Source: a candidate division WS1 bacterium (GTDB lineage: Bacteria; Armatimonadota; Zipacnadia; Zipacnadales; UBA11051). Taken from it: DNA of 64,000 nt. The stretch covers positions 7,644-71,643 of the forward strand of contig JAAYSP010000072.1 in NCBI GenBank assembly GCA_012518355.1, given 5' to 3'. Of this stretch, positions 28,369 through 38,768 are shown piece by piece. Numbering within the stretch: position 1 is the first letter of the stretch; each line of letters opens with the position of its first letter. A program made the translations under genes and the position numbers. The notes beneath the pieces were generated by a model. That model ran no database searches and was not told where the DNA came from. It was given only the letters and a program-made list of their open reading frames with translations.

Positions 28369-29340
28369 ATGAACCTTCGGTATTTGAGCCGATCCGACGT
28401 AGAAGACCTGAATATATCCATGAGCCAAATCATCTCTGTTGTCGAAGAAGGCTTCCGCCTGAAGGGCCTGGGCAAGGTGCAGATGCCACCCAAGATTGCT
28501 GTCAAGTCGCGCGGCCCCGAGAGCTTCCTACACGCCATGCCTGCATACGTCGGTGGCCTGGACATTGCGGCCATCAAATGGGTTGGCGGCAACGATGACA
28601 ACCCCGATCGGGGTTTGCCGACCATCAGCGGTCTTATCGTGCTCAACGACCCTGAGACCATGTTCCCCGTGTGTGTCATGGATGCCATCTGGGTGACTGC
28701 AGTGCGCACCGGAGCAGCCAACGCTGTAGCAATGAAATATCTGGGCCCTGCGCAAGCAAAGACGGTGTCAATTGTCGGTTGTGGCGTGCAGGGCCGGAGC
28801 AATCTGCTGGCGATGGCAACCATTTATCCGGAAATCACTGAAGCACGTTGCTTTGATGTGAATCCAGATGCACTGGAACGCTTCGTCAGAGAAAGCCGAG
28901 ATGCGTACAACTTTCAGATCACGCCCGCTGCAAGTCCTCGGGAGGCTGTTGAGGAGGCTGATGTTGTGGTCACTGCCGGGCCCAGCCCCAAAGAGCCCAC
29001 ACCGTACCTGTCGGAAGAGTGGCTCAAACGCGGTGCTATGGCCGCTCCCGTCGATTACATGGGAGCATGGGAAGGGCCCATGGCATCCAGCGTGGACCGG
29101 CTCATCACCGACGATCATGGCCAGATGGAGTACTATAGAAGCAAAGGCTACTTCCGCGATGTCCCACGCCCCTATGCAGACCTGGGTGAAATAGTCGCCG
29201 GCGTCAAACCGGGTCGCCAGAATCCGGACGAACGGACTATGTCAATTCTGCTGGGCATAGCTCTGGATGATGCAGTCACCGCCAATCTAATCCATCAGCG
29301 GGCCATCGAGGAAAATATCGGGACGCTTCTACCGCTGTAG
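28369..29340 (+). CDS. ornithine cyclodeaminase/mu-crystallin family protein
   Basis: Rossmann GCGVQG motif and OCD-family N-terminal region; GAGGAG SD 8 nt upstream. Confidence 0.8.
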   Translation: MNLRYLSRSDVEDLNISMSQIISVVEEGFRLKGLGKVQMPPKIAVKSRGPESFLHAMPAYVGGLDIAAIKWVGGNDDNPDRGLPTISGLIVLNDPETMFPVCVMDAIWVTAVRTGAANAVAMKYLGPAQAKTVSIVGCGVQGRSNLLAMATIYPEITEARCFDVNPDALERFVRESRDAYNFQITPAASPREAVEEADVVVTAGPSPKEPTPYLSEEWLKRGAMAAPVDYMGAWEGPMASSVDRLITDDHGQMEYYRSKGYFRDVPRPYADLGEIVAGVKPGRQNPDERTMSILLGIALDDAVTANLIHQRAIEENIGTLLPL

Positions 29341-29461
29341 TGTCACGAGCTCTGGGATAAGTTTAGTCTCTGTAGACCCCGGCTTGGATGTGTAGCTGGA
29401 ATGTGTAGCGATTCGGCTGCAGCGCTGCAACGAATGTGCCTAGCAAGGGAGGCCTGACACG

Positions 29462-30832
29462 ATGTGCACAGATGCCCGTGTAAGAATTGCGGAACTCGAA
29501 TTAGAGCTGCAAGAGCGGGATACTCACATGGAAGCGATACGCCGCATAAGTGCGGCGCTGTGCCAGGTCACGAAAGTTGATGAACTGGTCCGCCGCGCTC
29601 TGGACACCTCGCTGCAGGTGGTAAGCGCTGATGCCGGATCCGTAATCCTGTATGATCCGGACAAAGACAAGCTGATATTCGAGTATGTGGTGGGTGGTGC
29701 TGCTGACATCCTCACGGGTACGGAATTGAGCCCCAATCAGGGCATAGCGGGTGCAGTCTTCCAGAGCGGTGAGATTGATGTAAGCGAAGATGTGACCACT
29801 CGCGACAAACATGATCGGGCCGTAGGAGAGAAGGTACACTACGTGACCAAAAACATGGTCACAGTGCCGCTTCTTAGTGCCGGAGGTAAGCGGTTTGGCG
29901 TCATGCAAGTGCTAAACAAAACTGATGGCACGTTCAAAGACAGGGACGTAGCGTTGCTAGACACTCTCGCCTCGCAAATCGCTACTGCGCTGGAGACAGC
30001 TCGACTTCACGAAGAGGCGCGGCTAGCCGAGGTCATACGCTTCATCGGCAACCTCAGCCATGACGTTAAGAACATGATGACACCGGTGCAGACCGCCGCC
30101 GAGACGCTCGAATTGATTGCATCAGACACATGGAGCGATTTCGACACCGCCGTGTCAACGCTGCCGGATCGAGATGAAGTGGCCGACACCATCGAAGGGT
30201 TGCGACAACTGCTCCCCGAGATGACCGAGATGATGAAAAACGGCTCTGAGGCCGTGCAGGGCCGGATGGCAGAGGTCTCAGCCGCTGTAAAAGGCATGGT
30301 CACCGAGCCTGATTTCCATCTCGAACACATCCGCACCGTAGTAGATCAGGTAGTGCCGATGTTGGCGGTGGTGGCCAAAAAAGAGCATATCACCATCCAA
30401 ACCGACATTCCGGACGACATAAAACCGGCGATAATGGACGCCAAGCAGATGTATAACGCAGTGTACAACCTGGTGAACAACGCCCTACAGGCCTGTCCTC
30501 CTGATGCCACCATCACGGTGCGTTGCCGCAGCGAGATAAATGGCAGCTTCCCTGATGGCGGTTATCTGGAGGTAGCTGTGCAGGACACCGGCGAGGGGAT
30601 GCCCGAGGAAGTCCGCCACAAGCTTTTCACTGATGACGCCATCAGTACCAAACCGATGGGGACCGGACTTGGGACGAAAATCGTGAAAAACGTGGTAGAT
30701 GTCCACGGAGGGACCGTCTGGGTCGAAAGCACTCTGGGACAGGGCACCACCATCACGCTCCGCATTCCCATCGAAGGCTCCTCTGAAGCGCGTGATCGCA
30801 TGGCAAAGAACAGACAGCAGGAGGAGCAGTGA
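29462..30832 (+). CDS. cytoplasmic GAF-domain sensor histidine kinase (no cognate response regulator adjacent)
   Basis: GAF region; H-box LSHDVKNMMTP; HATPase_c N, G1 and G2 boxes (NLVNNALQA, DTGEGM, GTGLGT). Confidence 0.85.
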   Translation: MCTDARVRIAELELELQERDTHMEAIRRISAALCQVTKVDELVRRALDTSLQVVSADAGSVILYDPDKDKLIFEYVVGGAADILTGTELSPNQGIAGAVFQSGEIDVSEDVTTRDKHDRAVGEKVHYVTKNMVTVPLLSAGGKRFGVMQVLNKTDGTFKDRDVALLDTLASQIATALETARLHEEARLAEVIRFIGNLSHDVKNMMTPVQTAAETLELIASDTWSDFDTAVSTLPDRDEVADTIEGLRQLLPEMTEMMKNGSEAVQGRMAEVSAAVKGMVTEPDFHLEHIRTVVDQVVPMLAVVAKKEHITIQTDIPDDIKPAIMDAKQMYNAVYNLVNNALQACPPDATITVRCRSEINGSFPDGGYLEVAVQDTGEGMPEEVRHKLFTDDAISTKPMGTGLGTKIVKNVVDVHGGTVWVESTLGQGTTITLRIPIEGSSEARDRMAKNRQQEEQ

Positions 30833-30836
30833 GCGG

Positions 30837-32006
30837 ATGAATTTCGTCTTCTATAACCCAACACGCCTCGTGTTCGGCGATGGGAGATTTCATGAATTGA
30901 GCGAACTGGCCGCCGGCCTGGGCAACCGCGCACTGCTGGTGACGGGGCGTTCGGCCATGCAGAAAACCGGGCATCTGGACAATGCGGTGGAGATGCTTGA
31001 GCAAGCCGGAGCGAGAGTCACCGTGTTCGATCACATACCACCTAACCCCACGCTTGAGGCTATCGAGGACGGCGGACGCCTCGCTCGCGAGACAGACTGT
31101 GATTTCATCGTCGGTCTGGGTGGGGGCAGTGCTATGGACAGCGCCAAGGCCATTGCCGTGGCGGCAACACATGACTGCAACCTGCGCGAATTCCTGCTAC
31201 CCGGAGAAAACGGCGTCAAACGCCAACCTACTGATGACACTTTGCCCGTAATTGCTATCACCTCAACCGCCGGCACCTCTTCCGAACTGACGCCATTCGC
31301 AGTTATCACCATGTCTGACACCTGCGAGAAGTCAGCCATGGGTGGTCCGGCACTGTATCCGCATGTGGCCATCGCGGATCCGCAACTGACCCGGAGTCTG
31401 CCGCCACGGATTACCGCTTCGACCGGTATGGATGTGATGTGCCATGCTCTGGAAGGCTACGTGTCTACTGTTGCAAACCCGATAACGGACGTGCTGGCAC
31501 TGCATGCAATTGAACTCGTGGCGCTCCATCTCCCCCATGCAGTGGCTGACGGCGGTGATGAAGATGCTCGCCGTGGCATGATGCTGGCCAACTGCCTTGC
31601 CGGATACGTGCTCTCACAAAACGGCACCAACCTGATGCACGCACTGGAGCACCCCATGAGTGGCCGATACCCTGACTTGCCTCATGGGGAGGGCCTCTGT
31701 GCCGTACTGTCTGCCTGGGCAGAGCTTATGGCAGAGCGTCAGCCCGACCGCCTTGCAGCGGTGGCTCGGCGGATAGGAGTACAGGAGGCTGACGATGTAC
31801 GGGCGGCTGCTCACACTGCGGAAGCGTTGAGCCAACTGCTCGCACAGGTGGGGATGGATTTGTGCCTGAACCAGTTGGGCGTCGAACCACACATGCTGGA
31901 CACGCTCGCAGATGACGCCCTGCGGTACATGCACCATGCACTTGCTAAAACACCGGGGCAGGTGACGCGCGAGCATCTCACCGACATACTGCAAGCGAGT
32001 TACTAG
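30837..32006 (+). CDS. iron-containing alcohol dehydrogenase family protein
   Basis: GGGSAMDSAKAIA motif and metal-binding His cluster; start 4 nt after the HK stop with a GGAGGAG SD. Confidence 0.85.
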   Translation: MNFVFYNPTRLVFGDGRFHELSELAAGLGNRALLVTGRSAMQKTGHLDNAVEMLEQAGARVTVFDHIPPNPTLEAIEDGGRLARETDCDFIVGLGGGSAMDSAKAIAVAATHDCNLREFLLPGENGVKRQPTDDTLPVIAITSTAGTSSELTPFAVITMSDTCEKSAMGGPALYPHVAIADPQLTRSLPPRITASTGMDVMCHALEGYVSTVANPITDVLALHAIELVALHLPHAVADGGDEDARRGMMLANCLAGYVLSQNGTNLMHALEHPMSGRYPDLPHGEGLCAVLSAWAELMAERQPDRLAAVARRIGVQEADDVRAAAHTAEALSQLLAQVGMDLCLNQLGVEPHMLDTLADDALRYMHHALAKTPGQVTREHLTDILQASY

Positions 32007-32028
32007 CCTTTTTTCGAGGCTGCGCAAA

Positions 32029-32868
32029 ATGACTTCCGCTCCACTGCAACGCTGGACAATCGCCAGGCCTGCTGAGCTCTCCGGATTGGGCGTGCGCACC
32101 GGCAGACACATCACAGTGCGTTTTTTGCCCGCAGAGGCCTACAGTGGTATCACTGTAACGCGCACAGACCTGGATATGACGTGGCCTGTGGATCTAGATC
32201 ATGCCCTTGATGTGCCCAATAGCACCTGCATCGGCGACCACAGCGGCATGGTCGCTTTCGTCGAGCATGTGTTAGCTGCATTGTGGGCTGCAGCCATCAG
32301 CGATGCGCAAATCGTGGTGGATGGGCCAGAGATACCGCTGCTCGACGGCAGTGCGCTACCGTGGTATGGTGCGGTGACTGCCGCCGGGCGCAGGCAACTC
32401 GACGGCGAGTGGACACCGTTGAAGTTAACCGAACCGGTTTTTGTGCTGGGAGACAACACAGCGCTGATCGCGTTGCCAGCGGAACGGCTCCGGCTCAGCT
32501 ATGCACTGCTGCACAGTCATCACATGATAGGCCATCAGTTCGCACACTTTGACGCCGAATGTGACAGCTTCGCCGATGACCTGGCACCGGCTCGAACTTT
32601 TGCCACCGGAGCGGAGCTGGAGCAACTGCAGCAGGCGGGGTTGATAGTTGCAGGCAGTGAAGAGAACTGCCTGATCGTCTATGATGACCGATATTCGTCT
32701 GCGCTTTTTGCAGGCAATGCCATGGCCCGGCATAAATTGGTGGACATGGCCGGAGACTTGTACTTGCTCGGGCGTCGCGTACATGCCCATGTGCTGGGAT
32801 ACCGGACAGGGCACACGGACAATCGTGCTCTGGCCCACCGCATCGCCGAGCAACAGCAGGCGCCCTGA
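32029..32868 (+). CDS. lpxC: LpxC-family deacetylase (UDP-3-O-acyl-N-acetylglucosamine deacetylase-like)
   Basis: Catalytic EH (FVEHVLAAL), HKxxD zinc site (ARHKLVDMAGDL) and the C-terminal His (GYRTGHTDN) are all conserved relative to E. coli LpxC. Confidence 0.75.
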   Translation: MTSAPLQRWTIARPAELSGLGVRTGRHITVRFLPAEAYSGITVTRTDLDMTWPVDLDHALDVPNSTCIGDHSGMVAFVEHVLAALWAAAISDAQIVVDGPEIPLLDGSALPWYGAVTAAGRRQLDGEWTPLKLTEPVFVLGDNTALIALPAERLRLSYALLHSHHMIGHQFAHFDAECDSFADDLAPARTFATGAELEQLQQAGLIVAGSEENCLIVYDDRYSSALFAGNAMARHKLVDMAGDLYLLGRRVHAHVLGYRTGHTDNRALAHRIAEQQQAP

Positions 32869-32931
32869 CGAGAGATTTCACGCAAACTGCACTCAATTTG
32901 AGCAGCATAACACAGCACTGGAGGACAAATT

Positions 32932-34194
32932 ATGGCTGAAGAACTAGCGATTAATGGTGGGCCCAGGACTGCCGAGGAAAGCTTTCCGAGTACCGGAAAT
33001 GCCAGTGGCAGAGATCTGGGTGAAGAGGAAATCGCTCTTGTAAGCGAAGTCATCCGCAGTGGCAGGATGTTCCGTTACAGTGGGAGCATGGTGGGGCAAT
33101 TCGAAAAAGAGTACGCTGAATATCTTGGCATCGAGTATGTTTTGGCCGTCACCTCTGGCACCGCCTCACTTCACACTGCAGTGGCGGCACTGGAATTGAA
33201 TCCCGGCGACGAGATCATCACCAGCCCCATCAGCGACATGGGTACCTACATCGGCATTGTGCAGTCTTGCTGCATCCCGATCTTCGCCGATTGCGACCCT
33301 CTGACGCTGAACATGAATCCGGAGTCTATCGAGAAACAGATCACGGACCGCACCCGCGCCATACTCGTGGTTCATCTATTCGGGCAGCCTTGCCGGATGG
33401 ACGAGATCATGGATATCGCCAAGCGTCATGACCTCTACGTCATAGAAGACTGCGCTCAGGCTCACGGGGCCACCTATGATGGGCAACAGGTCGGCACTTT
33501 CGGCGATATAGGCTGCTTCTCACTGCAGCAGAGCAAACAGATTACAGCCGGTGATGGCGGCATCATCGCGACTGCCAGGGAAGAGTTCCATGCGCGCGCA
33601 CGAGATTTCCATGACAAGTACTACGACCGCACGGGGCGCAGCCAGGACCGCAGTGGCGTGGCCCGCATCGGCATCAACTATCGCATGAACGAAGTCACCG
33701 GAGCGGTGGCGCTGGCTCAAACCCGCAAACTTAAGAGTATCCTCGAGCGGCGACGGGCATCCGCAGAACGGCTCGTCGAGTTGATCGAGCAGATCGACGG
33801 CATCAATGGCCCACATATATACCCCAATACCACTGACCACTCCTGGTGGCGCTTCACATTCAGCATAGACCAGGAAGCACTCGGTGTGGACAATGAAACC
33901 TTCGCCAAAGCCATCCGCGCTGAGGGCTTGCCATTCGGACTGGGCTATGTGGGCAATCTGATGGTCGGTACCAAATGCCTCGTCGACCACGTAGCATATG
34001 GCGACTCGAAGTTCCCCTGGGAACCTCCGTACGGACGCGATCCGGAGTATGATGAAGCCGACTATCCCGGTGCAGCATGGGGCGAGTCGAACCTGTTTAC
34101 TCATGCCTGGACAGAGGGCCACACGGTAGAGCACGCCGAGCTGATTGCACAGGGGCTCCGAAAGGTCGCCGACTACTACCGCTCTAAAAAATAG
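32932..34194 (+). CDS. DegT/DnrJ/EryC1/StrS-family PLP-dependent sugar aminotransferase
   Basis: PLP lysine motif SLQQSKQITAGDGG; family architecture. Confidence 0.85.
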   Translation: MAEELAINGGPRTAEESFPSTGNASGRDLGEEEIALVSEVIRSGRMFRYSGSMVGQFEKEYAEYLGIEYVLAVTSGTASLHTAVAALELNPGDEIITSPISDMGTYIGIVQSCCIPIFADCDPLTLNMNPESIEKQITDRTRAILVVHLFGQPCRMDEIMDIAKRHDLYVIEDCAQAHGATYDGQQVGTFGDIGCFSLQQSKQITAGDGGIIATAREEFHARARDFHDKYYDRTGRSQDRSGVARIGINYRMNEVTGAVALAQTRKLKSILERRRASAERLVELIEQIDGINGPHIYPNTTDHSWWRFTFSIDQEALGVDNETFAKAIRAEGLPFGLGYVGNLMVGTKCLVDHVAYGDSKFPWEPPYGRDPEYDEADYPGAAWGESNLFTHAWTEGHTVEHAELIAQGLRKVADYYRSKK

Positions 34195-34373
34195 TTTCGT
34201 TTTGTCTATACGGTATGCGCATCTGTGTCCTGCAGGCGTGGCGCTCATAGCCACGCCTGCAGAGGCGTGTGCCATTTGAAGGCATTTTCGGGATGACGAC
34301 GAAATATATATCTAGGGCACTAATACAGAGCACTAGTGCAAGCGATTATCAGAAATTGTAGAGGAAATCAACT

Positions 34374-35522
34374 ATGAGCAGGCGCATCGGCATCGGTCTG
34401 GTAGGATTTGGCTTTATCGGCAAGGTACACACGCACGCATACCAGACTCTGCCGCTATTTTTTGACCCTTGCCCGGTTCACGCCGAACTAGTCGGAGTGT
34501 GTACTAGCAGGCAAGAGACGGCCGATCGGGCAGCCCAGATCGGCCGGTACAGCTTCGGGACCACCGACTTCGACCAACTACTCGCCCGTGATGATATAGA
34601 CGTCATAGACATCTGCACACCCAATCATCTTCATCTAGACCAGATTCTGGCGGCGCTGGAGGCAGGTAAGCATGTTTACTGCGACAAACCGCTGACCGTG
34701 GATTTGTCGTCCGCCCAACAAATTGCAGCTGCTGCAAAACAGCGCCCAAATTTGTGCCATGGGATGGCTTTTCACTGCCGTTTCGTCCCCGCCTGTATGA
34801 AAGCCCGGCAACTCATCGCAGACGGCTTCCTAGGACGACTGTACCATTACCGAGCCACATACTACCACGCTGGTTATACGGATCCTGCCAGGCCTATCTC
34901 CTGGCGGCTGCAAAAGGAGTTCGGCGGAGGCGCTCTGAGTGACCTCGGCAGTCACATCATAGACATGATGATGTATCTGTTGGGCGACATAAGCCGTGTG
35001 CGAGGCTCGATCGAAACGTTTATCACTGAGCGGCCAGTGGCGCCCGGGGCATCGGAGACCGTGCCTGTGGAGGTAGATGACTACGTCTGTCTGGAGGCGG
35101 TCATGGGACGCGGTGGGCGTGGGTTGATAGAGGCCTCCCGCTTCGCCACCGGAACCCAGGACGGCTTCACGTTCGAGATATATGGCGAGCGCGGCTCTCT
35201 AAAATTCGACATGATGGACCCGAATTTCTTGTATGCCTATGACATGCGCGATCCTGAGGGAGAGCTTGGTGGCGAACGTGGCTACAAGCAAATTGAGTGT
35301 GTTCAACGCTACCCCAAACCTTCAGCGTTACCTTCACCTAAACTCCCAGTGGGTTGGATGCGATTTCACACACAGAGTATTTTCGACTTCCTACACGCTC
35401 TAAGCGAGAACCGACTTGGAACTGCGACACTGTTTGACGGTGTTAGAACTCAAGCAGTGGACGAAGCGGTCACGCGTAGCGTGGACACGGGCGATTGGGC
35501 CGAGGTGCACTACCCATGCTGA
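34374..35522 (+). CDS. Gfo/Idh/MocA-family NAD(P)-dependent oxidoreductase
   Basis: N-terminal Rossmann GLVGFGFIGKVH and the C-terminal alpha/beta domain. Confidence 0.85.
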   Translation: MSRRIGIGLVGFGFIGKVHTHAYQTLPLFFDPCPVHAELVGVCTSRQETADRAAQIGRYSFGTTDFDQLLARDDIDVIDICTPNHLHLDQILAALEAGKHVYCDKPLTVDLSSAQQIAAAAKQRPNLCHGMAFHCRFVPACMKARQLIADGFLGRLYHYRATYYHAGYTDPARPISWRLQKEFGGGALSDLGSHIIDMMMYLLGDISRVRGSIETFITERPVAPGASETVPVEVDDYVCLEAVMGRGGRGLIEASRFATGTQDGFTFEIYGERGSLKFDMMDPNFLYAYDMRDPEGELGGERGYKQIECVQRYPKPSALPSPKLPVGWMRFHTQSIFDFLHALSENRLGTATLFDGVRTQAVDEAVTRSVDTGDWAEVHYPC

Positions 35523-35619
35523 CCGCACGCGGCTCTTCGTGCAGTGTCAGTGGATCCGCAGACCCTAACCCATCAAACCCATCAGAGGATACTGCAGAGA
35601 TCATCCGGGGCGATACTTG

Positions 35620-36402
35620 ATGAGAGACGTAGCTTCCGAATCCGATAACAGAGGCATCACGATAGACAGAGTCGGTATACGCGACTTGCATTTACCTGTC
35701 CGCATAATGGAAAAGGACGGAGGGTACGCGCGCCTTCTGGGCCAAATTGAGGCCAGTGTCAAGTTGCCGCATGTCAGGCGAGGCACGCATATGAGCCGCT
35801 TTGTCGAGATCCTTTCGGCATGGAGCAAGCGGTCGGTCTCCATGACGGAAATGGAAGCCACTTTGTGGCACATGCTTGACGAATTCTCAGCCCCTGCCGC
35901 CCGTGTGCTGCTCAAATTTAAGTACTTCCTGCCCAAACATGCTCCAGCTTCCGGGCAAAATAGCCAACTGGATTACGATTGCAGCTTCGAAGGCACTGTC
36001 GCGGACGGTCAATTCCGCTTCCGGCTTGGCGTAGCGGTACCAATACTAACTCTATGTCCATGCTCCAAGGAGATCTCCGATCGTGGGGCGCACAGTCAGA
36101 GAGCCGTGCTTTCAGTGCAAGTCAACTGTCGGTCAGGTATCATACTCTGGCTGGAAGACCTCATACCTCTTTTGGAGCAGCAAGGAAGTGCAGAGATCTA
36201 CCCTCTACTCAAACGCACAGACGAAAAAGCGATAACTGAATCCGCGTATGACAATCCAAAGTTTGTTGAAGACGTGGTTCGTGACACCATCATCGCACTG
36301 AAGGGCCACCCCGCCGTGCTAGGTGCATCCGCCCAGTGTGACAGCTTTGAATCAATTCACAATCATGTGGCTTACGCTTATGCAGAACTCGGAGACCTGT
36401 AA
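35620..36402 (+). CDS. folE2: GTP cyclohydrolase FolE2/MptA family
   Basis: TLCPCSKEIS...GAHSQR active-site region. Confidence 0.75.
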   Translation: MRDVASESDNRGITIDRVGIRDLHLPVRIMEKDGGYARLLGQIEASVKLPHVRRGTHMSRFVEILSAWSKRSVSMTEMEATLWHMLDEFSAPAARVLLKFKYFLPKHAPASGQNSQLDYDCSFEGTVADGQFRFRLGVAVPILTLCPCSKEISDRGAHSQRAVLSVQVNCRSGIILWLEDLIPLLEQQGSAEIYPLLKRTDEKAITESAYDNPKFVEDVVRDTIIALKGHPAVLGASAQCDSFESIHNHVAYAYAELGDL

Positions 36403-37410
36403 ATGGTCGAACTGATCATCGGTTTGGTGTTGGGTACACTCGGCTTGTCAGCGTTCTGGCTGGTGCTTCGAACACTGAGACGTGCAGGCAAACCTGCCCC
36501 TGTCGCACCACCACCTGTAGAAGATGAAGAGATCGAACCGATTGACCCTGAAGGCGAAATCGGTACCGACGGGCTTGTATACATGTTTGCCGGCAAGTTT
36601 GTCAGGCCGGTCGGCCGCCGTTCGCTGGGTTCAATTCCGCGAGATCGGGCGTTCGATCTGGCTAGCGGCGATGAACTCGACCCGTTGGATTTTGCTATGC
36701 AGATGTTATATGCGGTACTCACCGACTTGCTTTCGGGCGAGTATATCAAGCTACGTCTGGTAGAGCGTGAGGCCACTTTCATGCCTCCTTTCCCCCACAA
36801 AAACTGGGAGATGGAGCTTCGACAGGTGAAAGCCTTCCGCTCCAGTCCACTGTGTGATGGCCTGAACATAGCTTTCGAGATGATCTACAAGAAGCGGATG
36901 AGAAAAACCCAGACGGACAATCCGCAGTCGCTGGCTGAGAGTACTCCGGAAGCCCTCTGGGTCCCACTCGATGAACTGGTAGAGAACGCGCTGAAAGCTA
37001 TGCGCCAGGAGATGCGCTTCTGGGACCGGGGCTGCATCTATTCGGACCTACGAAATTACGTAGGTATCGGTCTGACCGCCCAGCGCTACGTCCTGGCACC
37101 AGCGCAGGACACGTGGCTTGACAGGCTGCGGCGCAAAGGGCCACTTCTCAATCCTCACGCGATCAGCAAACACCGATTGGATGAAGCAGCCGAGGCGCTG
37201 CTGCGCCGCATCGAGACCTTCCACACCCGTTTTGGCTCTCCTGAGGCCAGAGAAGATCCTCGCTGGCCGGCAGGTGACGTCAGTCCCGCTCTTTTGCAGC
37301 CGCGCGTGCCGCTTCATGAACTGCCGCTCGATGACTGTTTGCGCCTGAGTGTCTACGAGACTCTGGTAGCCATCCGCCAGTTGGAGCCAAGTGGAGAGGC
37401 AGGGATTTAG
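36403..37410 (+). CDS. hypothetical membrane-anchored protein
   Basis: ATG immediately follows the folE2 stop (TAAATG); N-terminal TM helix. Confidence 0.55.
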   Translation: MVELIIGLVLGTLGLSAFWLVLRTLRRAGKPAPVAPPPVEDEEIEPIDPEGEIGTDGLVYMFAGKFVRPVGRRSLGSIPRDRAFDLASGDELDPLDFAMQMLYAVLTDLLSGEYIKLRLVEREATFMPPFPHKNWEMELRQVKAFRSSPLCDGLNIAFEMIYKKRMRKTQTDNPQSLAESTPEALWVPLDELVENALKAMRQEMRFWDRGCIYSDLRNYVGIGLTAQRYVLAPAQDTWLDRLRRKGPLLNPHAISKHRLDEAAEALLRRIETFHTRFGSPEAREDPRWPAGDVSPALLQPRVPLHELPLDDCLRLSVYETLVAIRQLEPSGEAGI

Positions 37411-37411
37411 C

Positions 37412-37744
37412 ATGAAGTGGGCTGAAGTGGTCGAGTGGATAGCCATCATGCTGATCATCGTTTTGTGGTGGCCACGCATATTTCTCGGTTACGGCTACAA
37501 CCATGATCCGATGTGGTACCATATACTCACCCACTATGTATCGCCCCTGGTGCTGATTGTCATCGTCCTGCGGCGTTGGCGTCGTATGCAGGAAGGCTTT
37601 GATTACAGTGAGGAAATGCTGAAACATATGCCACGGGCAGGTTCCGAAAGCCGCCACAATAGTGACGCCAAATCCAAACATGATGGCCCCCCGTCACTTC
37701 CTTTTGCACCACCGTCTGATGAAGAAGACGGCGACCGATCATAG
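37412..37744 (+). CDS. hypothetical small membrane protein (two TM, acidic tail)
   Basis: ATG one nt after the upstream stop. Confidence 0.45.
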   Translation: MKWAEVVEWIAIMLIIVLWWPRIFLGYGYNHDPMWYHILTHYVSPLVLIVIVLRRWRRMQEGFDYSEEMLKHMPRAGSESRHNSDAKSKHDGPPSLPFAPPSDEEDGDRS

Positions 37745-37913
37745 GCCGAAGAGCCCCCTAACCCCTGGCCGCGCCGCCACCGACGTCGACTCAGAGTGCC
37801 TCATCTGCGCAGTAAGCCGGGACCTTTTCGGTTTCCAACTGCTTCTGTGACATCATAGAATCTAAGCCACCGCCGTCTGCACTAAGCGTTGGGCCGGAAC
37901 AGTGAGAATAGCT

Positions 37914-38768
37914 ATGCCAGAGTTGCCTGAAGTCGAGACTATACGTCGAGGGCTGCAAGATCAGGTGGTCGGCGACACCATCGTGTGCGCACACCTGCGC
38001 CGCCAGGACATAATCCTGACACCGCCGGAAGAATTTCTATCCGCACTGGAGGACAGGCGGATAATCGGCACTGGCCGGCATGGGAAGGCACTGTGGCTGG
38101 CTCTGGAAGACCATGTGGGCCTGGGCATCCATCTGCGTATGAGCGGGCAGTTCAAACTTGTTCCTTCAGATAGCCTGACGCCCAAACACACCCACCTGGT
38201 GCTTGAGCTTGCCGCGAATGGCAGGCTGATCTTCGTGGACCCACGCCGTTTTGGCCGACTGGAGCTGCTCGACACTCGGCGACTGGACCAGGCCGTGCTT
38301 CTGCGGCGGCAGGGCCCCGATGCCCTGTCCGAACAGTTGACCAGAGAGCACCTCCTCGAAGCAGCTTCCCATCACAGTATCGCGATCAAGCAGTTCCTGC
38401 TGGACCAGTCACACGTGGCAGGCATCGGGAACATCTACGCCTGCGAAATTCTCCATCTGTGTCGGCTGCACCCGGACACGCCTGCCAACCGTGTCACCGC
38501 TAACGAAATGGCTCGTCTGCTGGAAGCTACACGTAGCGTGTTGACCGCGGCGGTGCAGGCTGGCGGTACCACTCTGGCCGACGCCCAGTACCAGACGCTG
38601 AACGGCAAATCTGGCGAGTACCAACACCACGCTGCCGTCTATGCGCGCGAAGACGAACCCTGTGTCCGGCGCGATTGCCGAGGCCGAATTCGCAGGTACA
38701 GACAGGCGGGCCGAAGTACCTACCTGTGTCCTGTCTGCCAGGCTTCCGGTAGGGGTCGCAAGAAGTAG
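37914..38768 (+). CDS. mutM: formamidopyrimidine-DNA glycosylase (Fpg/Nei family)
   Basis: MPELPEVE N-terminus (Pro2 nucleophile), H2TH region and C-terminal zinc finger CxxC...CxxC. Confidence 0.85.
   Translation: MPELPEVETIRRGLQDQVVGDTIVCAHLRRQDIILTPPEEFLSALEDRRIIGTGRHGKALWLALEDHVGLGIHLRMSGQFKLVPSDSLTPKHTHLVLELAANGRLIFVDPRRFGRLELLDTRRLDQAVLLRRQGPDALSEQLTREHLLEAASHHSIAIKQFLLDQSHVAGIGNIYACEILHLCRLHPDTPANRVTANEMARLLEATRSVLTAAVQAGGTTLADAQYQTLNGKSGEYQHHAAVYAREDEPCVRRDCRGRIRRYRQAGRSTYLCPVCQASGRGRKK

Noticed and set aside
33520-34275. 251-aa reverse-strand ORF
   Set aside because: It is antisense to the DegT aminotransferase gene, which carries the PLP-lysine motif.
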